Part shown: positions 19,842 to 29,937 of the stretch, piece after piece
Numbering within the stretch: the stretch's first letter is position 1
Layout: each line of letters starts with the position of its first letter
NCBI GenBank assembly: GCA_963710755.1
Contig: CAVQBK010000003.1
Coordinates: 1,152,001 to 1,216,000, forward strand
From: an uncultured bacterium
GTDB taxonomy: Bacteria; Oederibacteriota; JAAXVQ01; JAUVAV01
Direction: 5' to 3'
DNA: 64,000 nt
Notes under the pieces: model-generated
What the model saw: only the letters and a program-made list of their open reading frames with translations
Databases searched by the model: none
Told to the model about the DNA's origin: nothing
Made by a program: the position numbers and the translations under genes

Positions 19842-20366
19842 ATGGTCGTTGTGGAGAATATAAAAAAACTAATCCGCGATATACCTGATTTTCCCAAACC
19901 GGGCATTATTTTCAAAGATATTTCACCTTTGTTGGCGGATGCGAATGTCTACCATACGGCTATTGAGCAATTGGCGCAAGCCTTCAAAGCCAGTGGTGTG
20001 GAACAGGTGGTTTGCTTGGAGGCACGTGGTTTCCTGGTGGGCGCTCCGTTGGCGTATAAACTGGGCGCAGGAATGGTGTTGGTGCGCAAACCGGGTAAGC
20101 TGCCTTTCTCCACACTGAAAACCACCTATCAACTGGAATATGGCACCGGTACTTTGGAGATTCATTCTGATGCCATTCAAGAAGGCAGTAAGGTCCTGAT
20201 TGCCGATGACGTATTAGCTACCGGAGGCACAGCCGCTGGCGCTGTGGAACTAATTCGGGCACTTAAAGGGCAAATCGTGGGCTGTGCGTTTCTCATGGAA
20301 TTGGGATTTTTACAAGGCCGTCGAAAATTAGAAGGGCAAAAAATAGTATCTTTGATTGAATACTGA
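19842..20366 (+). CDS. apt: adenine phosphoribosyltransferase
   Basis: PDFPKPGIIFKDI, EARGF, DDVLATGGT. Confidence 0.96.
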   Translation: MVVVENIKKLIRDIPDFPKPGIIFKDISPLLADANVYHTAIEQLAQAFKASGVEQVVCLEARGFLVGAPLAYKLGAGMVLVRKPGKLPFSTLKTTYQLEYGTGTLEIHSDAIQEGSKVLIADDVLATGGTAAGAVELIRALKGQIVGCAFLMELGFLQGRRKLEGQKIVSLIEY

Positions 20367-20407
20367 ACGACTTCAGGCGGCTTAGCATAGATATGCCGGC
20401 CACACAT

Positions 20408-20484
20408 GCCCCCGTAGCTCAGCAGGATAGAGCAGCGGTTTCCTAAACCGTTGGTCGTGCGTTCGAGTCGCGCCGGGGGCACCA
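20408..20484 (+). tRNA. tRNA-Arg(CCT)
   Basis: Cloverleaf with anticodon CCT, GTTCGAG T-loop, encoded CCA. Confidence 0.95.
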
Positions 20485-20568
20485 ATTTATTAACCGGGCC
20501 GTGGTCACTGGTTACATGTTTTCGGATCAAGAAAAGTCCGATAAGGTCCTGGGAAGGTAGGATGGAAA

Positions 20569-21219
20569 ATGATCGATCTGCATATGCATACCTTTCATTC
20601 CGATGGTGTTTTGGGACCGGCTGAATTGGTCAGACGGGCGCAGGTCAAAGGTTATAAAGTTATGGCCATTACGGACCATGTGGATCAATCCAACTTGGCC
20701 AGTTATGTCCCCGCCATCGTGGCCACAGCCAAAGCCCTTAGCCAAGTCACGGGCGTGGTGGTACTGGGTGGTTTGGAACTGACCCACGTGCCGCCCAAAC
20801 AACTACCGGCCTTGATCCGTCAGGCCCGCGCCTTAGGGGCAGAAGTAGTGGTTGTCCATGGTGAAAGTCCCGTGGAACCAGTGGCACCGGGGACTAATCG
20901 TGCAGCCATTATGGGCGGAGCCGACATTCTGGCTCATCCCGGCTTGATCAGTCTGGGCGAAGCACGCTTGGCCAGGCAAAAAGGTGTGGCCTTGGAGTTG
21001 ACGTCGCGCGGAGGACATTCGCTAACCAATGGTCATGTGGCTAAAGTAGCCCGGCAGGCAGGCGCACCCCTGGTTGTGGACAGCGACACCCATGCCCCGG
21101 GTGACATTTTATCGGTGGAATTAATTAAAAAAGTGGTCCTGGGGGCAGGTTGTCCTCTGACTCAATTGAAACAATGCGAGGCACGATCTTTACAGATCGC
21201 TCGGCGTGCCCGTCACTAA
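20569..21219 (+). CDS. PHP-family (histidinol-phosphatase-like) metal-dependent hydrolase
   Basis: DLHMHT..SDG, AITDH, LAHPG, DSDTH. Confidence 0.9.
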   Translation: MIDLHMHTFHSDGVLGPAELVRRAQVKGYKVMAITDHVDQSNLASYVPAIVATAKALSQVTGVVVLGGLELTHVPPKQLPALIRQARALGAEVVVVHGESPVEPVAPGTNRAAIMGGADILAHPGLISLGEARLARQKGVALELTSRGGHSLTNGHVAKVARQAGAPLVVDSDTHAPGDILSVELIKKVVLGAGCPLTQLKQCEARSLQIARRARH

Positions 21220-21237
21220 TGGCAACATGGAGGCAAG

Positions 21238-21954
21238 ATGGCTAAGAAAAGATATTCCCATAAACAAATAAGAAAAGATCTTAAAAAGGACGAGTTAAGG
21301 AACCTGATTGATAAAACCGTAGCGTTCGTTAAAGATAACACGGAAAATTTGCTGATTACGGTCATCATTGTAGGCGTAATTATCGTCTTGATCCCCCTTT
21401 ATTTCAATCACCAGGTTGATAATGAAATGCGGGCAGCAACCATGCTTAATCAAGCCATGAGTCTGTCCATGCAACCTGTGGATCAGGGACAGTTTAAAAC
21501 CATGGGGGAAAAATATAAACAATTGGGTCAACAATATGCGGATATTGTCAGTAATTATCCCCGCACCACGGCCGGCAAAATGGCGTTGCTCGATGAAGCG
21601 AATGCCGCTTATTATGCCCAAGACTATGCCAAAGCCGGGGCGCTTTTTGAGCAAGCCCTGGCCAAATTTCAGGACATGCCCCTGTGGTTGACGATAAAGG
21701 AACGTCTAGGCAATTGCTACGAACAGCAACAACAAGTCGACAAAGCCATTGCCACCTACCAGGAAATTTTAAAGGATAATCCCGATTATTTTGCCAAAGC
21801 ATCGGTCAATCTCAGCCTGGCCCACTGCTATCTAGCTTTGAACAAAACGGCCGAGGCCAGGGCACTGTTGCAACAGCAAGCCGCCCAACCGAAAAGCTTC
21901 TGGACTACAGCATCAGGACAATTGTTAGCCGAGACCCCAGTTACAGAAAAATAA
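21238..21954 (+). CDS. membrane-anchored TPR protein (YfgM-like)
   Basis: Basic N-tail, a single TM helix, TPR repeats. Confidence 0.75.
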   Translation: MAKKRYSHKQIRKDLKKDELRNLIDKTVAFVKDNTENLLITVIIVGVIIVLIPLYFNHQVDNEMRAATMLNQAMSLSMQPVDQGQFKTMGEKYKQLGQQYADIVSNYPRTTAGKMALLDEANAAYYAQDYAKAGALFEQALAKFQDMPLWLTIKERLGNCYEQQQQVDKAIATYQEILKDNPDYFAKASVNLSLAHCYLALNKTAEARALLQQQAAQPKSFWTTASGQLLAETPVTEK

Positions 21955-22012
21955 TCGCTTGACAGGTGAACCGGTATGGGTTAATTATCTTGATCACGAA
22001 AGAAATAGCAAT

Positions 22013-22088
22013 GGGGCTGTGGCGCAGCTGGGAGCGCGTTTGAATGGCATTCAAAAGGTCAGGGGTTCGATCCCCCTCAGCTCCACCA
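22013..22088 (+). tRNA. tRNA-Ala(GGC)
   Basis: GGGGCTG acceptor stem with G3:U70, anticodon GGC, encoded CCA; TTGACA at 21959. Confidence 0.95.
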
Positions 22089-22096
22089 ATTTTTCC

Positions 22097-22130
22097 AAGG
22101 CGTTCTGAGGTTCAGAACGCCTTTTCATTT
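22097..22130 (+). terminator. Rho-independent terminator
   Basis: AAGGCGTTCTGA-ggt-TCAGAACGCCTTTT. Confidence 0.8.
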
Positions 22131-22216
22131 TAAGCCTTTTCCGGAATTATCATCACTCCTGTCAGGCAAACGGTACATCCACAGGGAACAGCATCTTAAA
22201 AAAGTTAAGGAAAACC

Positions 22217-23047
22217 ATGATGGCCCATCCCCATAGGCCCGGCACAATTATTGATTTTCACACCCATGCCTTTAATGATCAATTGGCACCCATGGTCATG
22301 GCCGAATTTGCGGACCAATTCAATTTCCAAGCCCATTATGACGGTACGGTATCCGGCTTATTGGCCCATATGGCCCAATGCGGCGTGGAGCAGGCTGTAC
22401 TTCAGCCGGTGGCCACCAAAACCACCCAAGTGCAGGTCATTAATCGCTGGTGTCAAAACATTCGAAGTAAGGAAAAAATTCATTGTTTTGGAGCTCTCCA
22501 TCCTGAAATGGAGGATGAAGCCATAGAGCAGGAGGTTGCGTTTTTTAAAGCAACCGGGATTCGGGGGGTTAAGCTGCATCCTGAATATCAGTCCTTTTTT
22601 CCTGACGAAGATCGCATGAGCCGAATTTATACAGCCCTCGAGGAAGCAGGCTTGATTTTATTATTCCATAGTGGCAAAGATTTGTGCTTCCATGGTGAAG
22701 TCAAGGCCACACCTCGGCGGTTGCTGCAAGTTCATCGCAGCTTTCCCCGGCTGAAGCTGGTATTGGCACATTTGGGCGGCTTTCAATTGTGGAAGGAAGT
22801 GGCCAGGGAATTGGTGGGACAGTCGCTATGGCTGGATACGGCGTTTTGTCCGGGTTATTGTCCTGCCGATCAGTTTGAAGAGATCGTGGCCGGCCATGGT
22901 GCTGAACAGATCCTTTTCGGCTCGGATGCACCCTGGGGCAATCAACAAGCTCACATAAATTATATTCTGGACTCGGGCCTTACGAGGGAAGAAAAGCATC
23001 GCATCCTGGGGAAGAATGCGTTAGAATTGCTGGCTATCACCAGGTGA
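22217..23047 (+). CDS. amidohydrolase_2 family protein
   Basis: IIDFHTH, GVKLHP, LAHLGG, LFGSDAP. Confidence 0.9.
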   Translation: MMAHPHRPGTIIDFHTHAFNDQLAPMVMAEFADQFNFQAHYDGTVSGLLAHMAQCGVEQAVLQPVATKTTQVQVINRWCQNIRSKEKIHCFGALHPEMEDEAIEQEVAFFKATGIRGVKLHPEYQSFFPDEDRMSRIYTALEEAGLILLFHSGKDLCFHGEVKATPRRLLQVHRSFPRLKLVLAHLGGFQLWKEVARELVGQSLWLDTAFCPGYCPADQFEEIVAGHGAEQILFGSDAPWGNQQAHINYILDSGLTREEKHRILGKNALELLAITR

Positions 23048-23083
23048 CACTATCAGACCACTGGAACAAAGGGGAGCAACCTC

Positions 23084-23548
23084 ATGCCTGAATTAGAAAC
23101 TATACGCAGTGTGGAAATATTGCAGGGCTTGAACGACAGTGAATTGGCCACGGTGGTACGCAGGGCCAAACGAATGGAATACAAGGCCGGTGGAGTTATT
23201 GTCAGGGAAAAAGCGCCGGGCGGTATGCTTCATATCATCATCGAAGGTTCCGTGGAAGTGAAGAAAAAGAGCGAGGATATGGAACGCACGCTGGCGGTAT
23301 TGAAGGAAGGCGAGATTTTTGGGGAGATGTCTTTGTTTGACGGGGAACCTTATTCGGCCAGCGTGATGGCCAGGGAAAACACATCGACCTTGAGTCTTTA
23401 TAAAAATGACTTTCTTGACCTGGCCACGCAGCATCCGGACGTAGCTTTCAAGGTGACCGTCAACATTATCAACACTCTTTCCGAACGGCTGCGCAAGACC
23501 AGCGACAACCTGGTCACCTTCGCCGTCATGGCCAGAAACAGCCAATAA
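23084..23548 (+). CDS. stand-alone cyclic-nucleotide-binding domain protein
   Basis: IIEGSVEV, GEIFGEMSL..P.SASV, ERLR helix; no HTH. Confidence 0.88.
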   Translation: MPELETIRSVEILQGLNDSELATVVRRAKRMEYKAGGVIVREKAPGGMLHIIIEGSVEVKKKSEDMERTLAVLKEGEIFGEMSLFDGEPYSASVMARENTSTLSLYKNDFLDLATQHPDVAFKVTVNIINTLSERLRKTSDNLVTFAVMARNSQ

Positions 23549-23623
23549 GAGGTGTCAAAAAAATCAGGTGTGTTTTTTGAAGCCGCGGCATGATGGATTT
23601 TTATTCGCGCGATTAAATATAAG

Positions 23624-23651
23624 TTGACATTCAACGAAATGGTCTTATTAT
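23624..23651 (+). promoter_or_regulatory. sigma70-type promoter for the ilv-leu operon
   Basis: TTGACA-16 nt-TATTAT. Confidence 0.6.
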
Positions 23652-23778
23652 ATCTGATTAATCGTTAAGCCACCATACCAATCAAAAGCAGTAGATCCGA
23701 TTCAATTTTTGTCAAGATTTATTTACTATTTCAGCCGTTTTCTGAAGTATCCAGGGCTGGGAATGGAGTAGTTCATCC

Positions 23779-25443
23779 ATGCGAAGCGATCGTATTAAAA
23801 AAGGTATTTCCAAATCACCTCATCGTTCCTTGTTAAAAGCCATCGGGTATACGGACGGTGAATTACGGCAGCCTTTAATCGGTATTGCTAATTCCTTCAA
23901 CGAAATTATCCCGGGTCATGTGCATTTGAATAAAATTGCCGAAGCCGTTAAAGCCGGTGTGCGCATGGCCGGCGGGACCCCGATGGAGTTCAATACCATT
24001 GGGATCTGCGACGGCATCGCCATGAACCATGAAGGTATGAAATACTCCTTGGTTTCCAGGGAAATTATTGCCGACTCGGTGGAAGCTGTGGGCAATGGTA
24101 TGCCTTTTGACGGTTTGGTGTTGATCCCCAATTGCGATAAGATTATTCCCGGCATGATGATGGCCGCGGCGCGCTTGAATATTCCTACGGTGCTGGTTTC
24201 AGGCGGCCCCATGCTGCCCGGCAAATACCGGGATCAACGCACGGATTTGATTAAGGGACCCTTCGAAAGCATGGCCAAGGCCAATACCGGCAAACTATCG
24301 GAGGAAGAGTTTTTAGAAATCGAAAACAATGCCTGCCCCACCTGCGGCTCTTGTGCCGGGTTGTTTACCGCCAATACCATGAATTGCATGGCCGAGGCTC
24401 TGGGACTGGCCTTACCCGGCAACGGATCAGCGCCGGCCGTGTCCTCCGAACGCATTCGGCTGGCCAAACAAGCCGGGGAAGCGGTGATGCTGGCCGTTAA
24501 AAAAAATCTGACCCCGTCCAAGCTCTACACGGTAGAGGCCTTTAAAAATGCCATTGCCGTGGATGTGGCTATGGGCGGTTCCACCAACACCGTGCTGCAT
24601 TTGCCGGCCATTGCCCATGAAGCCGGTCTGACACTGGATTTGGATATTTTTAACGAAATGTCGAAAAAAACACCTCATCTCTGCAGCGTCAGTCCCGGGG
24701 GCAATCATTTTATGGTGGATATCCATGAAGCTGGAGGCGTGCAGGCGGTGATGAAAGTCCTGGCCGGCAAAAAGCTTATTAATACTCATTGTCCGACCGT
24801 CACCGGCAAAAGCGTGGGGGAAAACCTCAGCCATGCCCGGGTCCTGGATCATGATGTCATCCGCCCGCTGAGCAAACCTTATCATAAACGGGGCGGCTTG
24901 GCTGTTTTGCGCGGCAATATTGCGCCTGATGGTGCGGTGGTCAAGCAATCCGCCGTGGCACCGGAAATGATGCATCGCGTGGGTCGTGCCCGTGTATTTA
25001 ACGGCGAAGACGATGCTTTTAAAGCCATTATGAACGGTAAGATCAAAAAAGGCGATGTGGTGGTGGTGCGTTATGAAGGTCCCAAAGGCGGACCGGGCAT
25101 GCGCGAGATGTTATCACCCACCAGTGCTATTGCCGGCATGGGGCTGGACAAGGACGTGGCGTTGCTGACAGACGGTCGTTTTTCCGGCGGTTCTCGGGGC
25201 GCAGCCATCGGGCATATCTCGCCTGAGGCAGCGGCCGGAGGGCCCATCGCCGCTATTCGGGAAGGCGATCAAATTGAAATTGACATTCCCAAATTAAAAA
25301 TAAACCTTTTGGTCTCGAAGGAGGAGCTTAACACGCGTATGGCGCATTTAAAACATCCCAAGCTAAAAACGTATAAGGGTGTTTTAGGGCGCTATGCGCG
25401 GTTAGTAACCTCGGGAAGCACAGGGGCTGTGTTAGAAGATTAA
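23779..25443 (+). CDS. ilvD: dihydroxy-acid dehydratase
   Basis: [31 protein letters not shown]. Confidence 0.97.
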   Translation: MRSDRIKKGISKSPHRSLLKAIGYTDGELRQPLIGIANSFNEIIPGHVHLNKIAEAVKAGVRMAGGTPMEFNTIGICDGIAMNHEGMKYSLVSREIIADSVEAVGNGMPFDGLVLIPNCDKIIPGMMMAAARLNIPTVLVSGGPMLPGKYRDQRTDLIKGPFESMAKANTGKLSEEEFLEIENNACPTCGSCAGLFTANTMNCMAEALGLALPGNGSAPAVSSERIRLAKQAGEAVMLAVKKNLTPSKLYTVEAFKNAIAVDVAMGGSTNTVLHLPAIAHEAGLTLDLDIFNEMSKKTPHLCSVSPGGNHFMVDIHEAGGVQAVMKVLAGKKLINTHCPTVTGKSVGENLSHARVLDHDVIRPLSKPYHKRGGLAVLRGNIAPDGAVVKQSAVAPEMMHRVGRARVFNGEDDAFKAIMNGKIKKGDVVVVRYEGPKGGPGMREMLSPTSAIAGMGLDKDVALLTDGRFSGGSRGAAIGHISPEAAAGGPIAAIREGDQIEIDIPKLKINLLVSKEELNTRMAHLKHPKLKTYKGVLGRYARLVTSGSTGAVLED

Positions 25444-25599
25444 ACCATAAGGTGGCTCTGGGGAACAGTCTTGGACTAGTTATGGCTGTTCTGCAATGGC
25501 CAAGGAGATTAGTTTCAACACCATGCTTGAGGCGGTTTAGCCTCCAGGCGGAACCAGTTTTAAATGGTGTTGGTGGTGTTATTGATCAAGGAGGAACCG

Positions 25600-27279
25600 A
25601 TGAGTGCATTAATGACGGGCGCTGAGATATTTGTGCAGAGCTTGAAAAAGGAAGGCGTGGACATCATTTTTGGGTATCCCGGCGGGGTGCTATTACCTAT
25701 TTTCGATGCCCTATATCAATCTGATTTGAAAGTGGTCCTGCCACGGCATGAACAAGGCGGGGCTCATATGGCCGATGGATTTGCGCGGGCAACAGGCAAG
25801 GTGGGCGTGTGCTTAGCCACCTCTGGCCCGGGTGCAACTAACCTGGTCACAGGCATTGCCACGGCCTACATGGATTCTGTGCCCATGGTGGCCTTTACCG
25901 GCCAGGTGGCGTCCAGCTTGATTGGCAATGACGCCTTTCAGGAGGTGGACATTACAGGCATCACGCGACCTATTACCAAACACAACTTTCTGGTGAAAGA
26001 TGTGAAGGACCTGGCGGCGACCATCAAACAAGCCTTTTATTTGGCCAACACCGGGCGACCTGGTCCGGTGTTGGTGGATATTCCCAAGGACGTGACCACC
26101 AGTAAATGCGAGTTTCATTATCCTGATAAAGTGGAACTGCGCAGTTACAAACCTACCATTGAACCTAATCTGAACCAGATTAAAAAAGCTGCCGCTTTGA
26201 TCAAAGAAGCCAAAAAACCGCTGATTTACGCGGGTGGCGGTGTGCTTCTTGCCAATGGCAGCGACGAGCTTATTACCCTGGCGGAAAAGTTGAAGGCACC
26301 AGTCACCTTAACCACCATGGGTTTAGGCGCTTTCCCGGGAACCCATCCCCAATTTTTAGGAATGCTGGGTATGCATGGCACCCGCACGGCCAATTATGCG
26401 GTGCAGGAAAGTGATGTGATTTTAGCTATTGGCGTGCGTTTTGACGACCGGGTGACAGGCCGGGTGGATCATTTCGCACCAGGCGCTAAAATCATTCATA
26501 TCGACGTGGACCCGTCCAGTATTTCTAAGATTGTGACCGTGGATATACCGGTGGTGGCTGATGCCAAAAAGGCCATGGCTGCGTTGATCAAAGAGGTCAA
26601 TGCTGGACATTATGAGGAGTGGTGGACGCAAATCAACCAATGGAAAGAAAAATTTCCACTGTCTTACGATAAAAGCAGCACGGTCCTCAAACCTCAATTT
26701 GTTATCGAGACCTTATTTAATCTGTTTGGCAAGGACTTATTTGTTGCCACTGACGTGGGGCAACATCAGATGTGGGCCGCTCAGTTTTACAAATACGACC
26801 GGCCGCGGCAATGGGCTTCCTCCGGGGGGTTGGGCACCATGGGGTATGGTTTTCCCGCAGGTATTGGCGCTCAATTTGGCTTGCCCGGAAAAAAAGTGGC
26901 GATTATCAGCGGAGACGGCAGCTTCCAGATGAACATGCAGGAAATGGCCACGGCTGTGAACCATAAATTACCGGTGAAAATTATTTTGCTCAATAATGGC
27001 TATCTGGGTATGGTGCGCCAATGGCAGGAGCTGTTCCATGGCAAGCGTTATTCCTCCACGATCATTGAAAACTCCGTGGATTTCGTTAAATTGGCCGAGG
27101 CCTTTGGTGCCACAGGCCTGCGGGTGACTAAGACGGAAGAAGTGGAGGCTAACTTGAAAAAAGCCTTTGAAATTGAAGGACCTGTGTTGATTGATTTTCA
27201 GGTGGAACGGGAAGAGAACGTGTGGCCTATGGTCCCTGCTGGAGCCCCAATTCATGAAATGATAGGCGAGCTAGCCTAA
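25600..27279 (+). CDS. ilvB: acetolactate synthase large subunit
   Basis: [31 protein letters not shown] motif; AAGGAGG RBS before ATG 25600. Confidence 0.97.
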   Translation: MSALMTGAEIFVQSLKKEGVDIIFGYPGGVLLPIFDALYQSDLKVVLPRHEQGGAHMADGFARATGKVGVCLATSGPGATNLVTGIATAYMDSVPMVAFTGQVASSLIGNDAFQEVDITGITRPITKHNFLVKDVKDLAATIKQAFYLANTGRPGPVLVDIPKDVTTSKCEFHYPDKVELRSYKPTIEPNLNQIKKAAALIKEAKKPLIYAGGGVLLANGSDELITLAEKLKAPVTLTTMGLGAFPGTHPQFLGMLGMHGTRTANYAVQESDVILAIGVRFDDRVTGRVDHFAPGAKIIHIDVDPSSISKIVTVDIPVVADAKKAMAALIKEVNAGHYEEWWTQINQWKEKFPLSYDKSSTVLKPQFVIETLFNLFGKDLFVATDVGQHQMWAAQFYKYDRPRQWASSGGLGTMGYGFPAGIGAQFGLPGKKVAIISGDGSFQMNMQEMATAVNHKLPVKIILLNNGYLGMVRQWQELFHGKRYSSTIIENSVDFVKLAEAFGATGLRVTKTEEVEANLKKAFEIEGPVLIDFQVEREENVWPMVPAGAPIHEMIGELA

Positions 27280-27468
27280 AAGAAGTGGTTGGGCGACAGT
27301 TCTGGTTGGCGAAGAAAAATTCAATAAATGCATTTAATGATCCACCACCAAGGTGCCAAGGTTCACCATAGCAATGACCACCGAATCTTCGGACAAAGGG
27401 TGAGGTTAGGGTGCTTGAAGCCTGGGCGTGGGCATAATTTTATTTACATAAAATGAGGTGATTAGCTC

Positions 27469-27963
27469 ATGAGACATATATTATCCGTATTGGTTGAAAA
27501 TAAACCGGGGGTTTTATCGCGTATTTCCGGATTGTTTTCCGGCCGGGGTTTTAATATTTCCAGTTTGACCGTGGGGGAAACCGAAGATCCCTCGGTTTCA
27601 CGCATGACTATTGTGGTGACCGGTGATGATGCGATTTTGGAACAGGTGTCCAAGCAACTTAATAAAGTGGTGGACACCATCAAGGTTTATGACCTGACCA
27701 GGGAAGCTCATCTGGAACGGGAATTGGCTTTGATCAAAGTTCAGCCCGAAGGCAAGGAACGCTCCGAAATTGTTCAGTTGGCTGAGATTTTCCGGGCTAA
27801 AATTGTGGATGTTTCCGAAAAAACCTATACCTTTGAAATTACCGGCGCCAATGATAAAGTCAATGCTTTCATTGAATTGTGCTGGCCCTTTAACATCAAG
27901 GAATTGATCAGAACCGGGGCCGTGGCTATTGCCAGGGAAATCAAAAGAAAAGCAACTAAATAA
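27469..27963 (+). CDS. ilvN: acetolactate synthase small subunit
   Basis: ACT domain 'LSVLVENKPGVLSRISGLF.GRGFNI'. Confidence 0.96.
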   Translation: MRHILSVLVENKPGVLSRISGLFSGRGFNISSLTVGETEDPSVSRMTIVVTGDDAILEQVSKQLNKVVDTIKVYDLTREAHLERELALIKVQPEGKERSEIVQLAEIFRAKIVDVSEKTYTFEITGANDKVNAFIELCWPFNIKELIRTGAVAIAREIKRKATK

Positions 27964-28001
27964 GCAAACCAGCAAAGCAAAATGTCGGGGCGGAGACGTT
28001 G

Positions 28002-28029
28002 GTAAGGGCGAAAAAAATATTCGCCCTTC
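28002..28029. repeat. degenerate GTAG-type REP-like palindrome
   Basis: GTAAGGGCGAA-aaaaata-TTCGCCCTTC. Confidence 0.55.
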
Positions 28030-28171
28030 CATTAAAGATAATCGCAAACAAGAACAAACAAAATTTGAACCTTTAACTTTGCATCCTTTGCAGCTTAAGG
28101 TGAGAAACAGCATTTATTCCAGCTTTGTCGGTTTCGTCTTAAAGAATTAAAAAACAGGGGGAAAGATTAAA

Positions 28172-29167
28172 ATGGCTAAAATGTATTTTGATAAAGACGC
28201 TGATCTAAAGGTTTTGAAGGGCAGCACTGTGGCGATTATCGGTTACGGCAGCCAGGGTCATGCCCACTCGTTAAACTTGAAAGATTCTAAGGTCGACGTG
28301 GTGGTGGGATTGCGCAAGGAATCCAAATCCTGGATGATTGCGGAAAAAAGCGGGCTCAAGGTGATGACGCCTGATGCCGCCGCCAAAGCCGCGGACATCA
28401 TCATGATGCTGGTGCCCGACCAAATTCAGGCCAAGGTTTACAGGGAATCCATTGCGCCCAACCTTAAAAAAGGCAATGCTCTGGTGTTTGCCCATGGGTT
28501 CAATATCCATTTCAATCAAATTGTGCCACCCGCGGATGTGGATGTCTTTATGGCTGCTCCCAAGGGGCCAGGCCATATGGTTCGTCGCGTCTTTACTGAA
28601 GGGGGCGGGGTACCAGGTTTGGTGGCGGTTCATCAGGATGCCACCGGCAAAGCGCTGGCTACAGCATTGGCTTATGCCAAGGGCATCGGCTGTACCCGTG
28701 GGGGCGTGATGGAAACCACCTTCCGCGATGAGACGGAAACCGACTTATTCGGGGAGCAAGCAGTGCTGTGCGGTGGTGCCAGTGAACTGGTACGCGCAGG
28801 CTTTGACACGTTGGTGGAAGCGGGTTATCAACCGGAAAATGCTTATTATGAATGTCTGCACGAACTTAAACTGATCGTGGACTTAATGTACGAGGGCGGT
28901 ATTTCCGGTATGCGCTACAGTATTTCCGACACCGCCAAATATGGTGACATCACCCGTGGCAAAAGGGTGATTACCGAAGAGACTAGAAAAGAAATGAAAA
29001 AGATTCTCAAGGAAATCCAAAATGGGGAATTTGCCAAGGAATTCATCCTGGAAAATCAGGCCGGGTTGTCTTCCTTTACTGCCATTTTACGCAATGAAGC
29101 GGAACATCCCATTGAAATCGTGGGGAAAAAATTGCGGAGCATGATGGGTTGGCTGAAAAAGAAATAA
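28172..29167 (+). CDS. ilvC: ketol-acid reductoisomerase
   Basis: [26 protein letters not shown]. Confidence 0.97.
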   Translation: MAKMYFDKDADLKVLKGSTVAIIGYGSQGHAHSLNLKDSKVDVVVGLRKESKSWMIAEKSGLKVMTPDAAAKAADIIMMLVPDQIQAKVYRESIAPNLKKGNALVFAHGFNIHFNQIVPPADVDVFMAAPKGPGHMVRRVFTEGGGVPGLVAVHQDATGKALATALAYAKGIGCTRGGVMETTFRDETETDLFGEQAVLCGGASELVRAGFDTLVEAGYQPENAYYECLHELKLIVDLMYEGGISGMRYSISDTAKYGDITRGKRVITEETRKEMKKILKEIQNGEFAKEFILENQAGLSSFTAILRNEAEHPIEIVGKKLRSMMGWLKKK

Positions 29168-29184
29168 GCCGTCATAATCGCGCC

Positions 29185-29901
29185 ATGAACTTAAAACAGG
29201 GACAAGGTGCGGCCGGCCCGGTGGCCAAAGCCGCGCCATATATCTTTATGGGTATAGAAATGACCATGGGCATCGTGGCCTTGCTGTTGGTCATTAATCA
29301 CCGATTAGCCTTGGCTGGTCAAATTATTTTATCAGCCATGATCATCGCAGGATCGGAATATCAATGGCGTCGGTATACCAAAGGCCCCAGCAGTTTTGAA
29401 GATGAGTTTTCAACCTTGAGCGACATATTCAGTTTTGCTGTTGTCCCTGGACTCTTAATTTATCAATTGGCCTTCCGGGGCTGGGGCGTGCTGGGCCTGA
29501 GCGCTGTGTTTATCCTGGTGTTTAGCGCCATGGTGAGATTGTCCCTATATCGCATCTATAATCCGATGACCGTCAAACGGGCTTATGTGGGACTACCCTT
29601 GATCATCAATGCGGCTTTTATCGCCTTATTGGCCCAGGTGCAGGACAGTGCCGGGGTTGCTCCTGATTACCGCTTGCTGCTCCTGGTGATCCTGACCGCC
29701 CTGAGCTTTTTATCGGTCAGTCCCATTCGGTATCCCAATCCTGCAGAACGGCCGAGCTTTTTGCTTATAGGGTTGCTGGCGGTAGCAGGGCTGTTTGTCC
29801 CCAGCGTCAGCCATCTGTTCAGTTGGGGCATGATGGGGATTTTGCTGGGGTATGTTTTATTGGCCCCTCTGATGACTGGGACCGCTGCCCTGGATGCATA
29901 A
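29185..29901 (+). CDS. PssA-like CDP-alcohol phosphatidyltransferase fold protein with degenerate motif
   Basis: 'LSDIFSFAVVPG', 'MVRLSLY', 'YVGLP', 'VSPIRYP' match PssA, and it follows ilvC; the DGxxAR..G..LD motif is lost. Confidence 0.65.
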   Translation: MNLKQGQGAAGPVAKAAPYIFMGIEMTMGIVALLLVINHRLALAGQIILSAMIIAGSEYQWRRYTKGPSSFEDEFSTLSDIFSFAVVPGLLIYQLAFRGWGVLGLSAVFILVFSAMVRLSLYRIYNPMTVKRAYVGLPLIINAAFIALLAQVQDSAGVAPDYRLLLLVILTALSFLSVSPIRYPNPAERPSFLLIGLLAVAGLFVPSVSHLFSWGMMGILLGYVLLAPLMTGTAALDA

Positions 29902-29937
29902 ACCTGACGATAAGATTGTCAGAGAGGAGTTAAGAAA

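Noticed and set aside
22160-22200. c-di-GMP-I riboswitch suggested by GGCAAAC (also at ~39665)
   Set aside because: No following GNRA stem or CGCAAAG/receptor elements
23639-23668. ilvD attenuator leader peptide MVLLYLINR
   Set aside because: Overlaps the predicted -10 box, has no RBS, no downstream terminator hairpin with U-tract, and Leu/Ile codons are expected in AT-rich DNA
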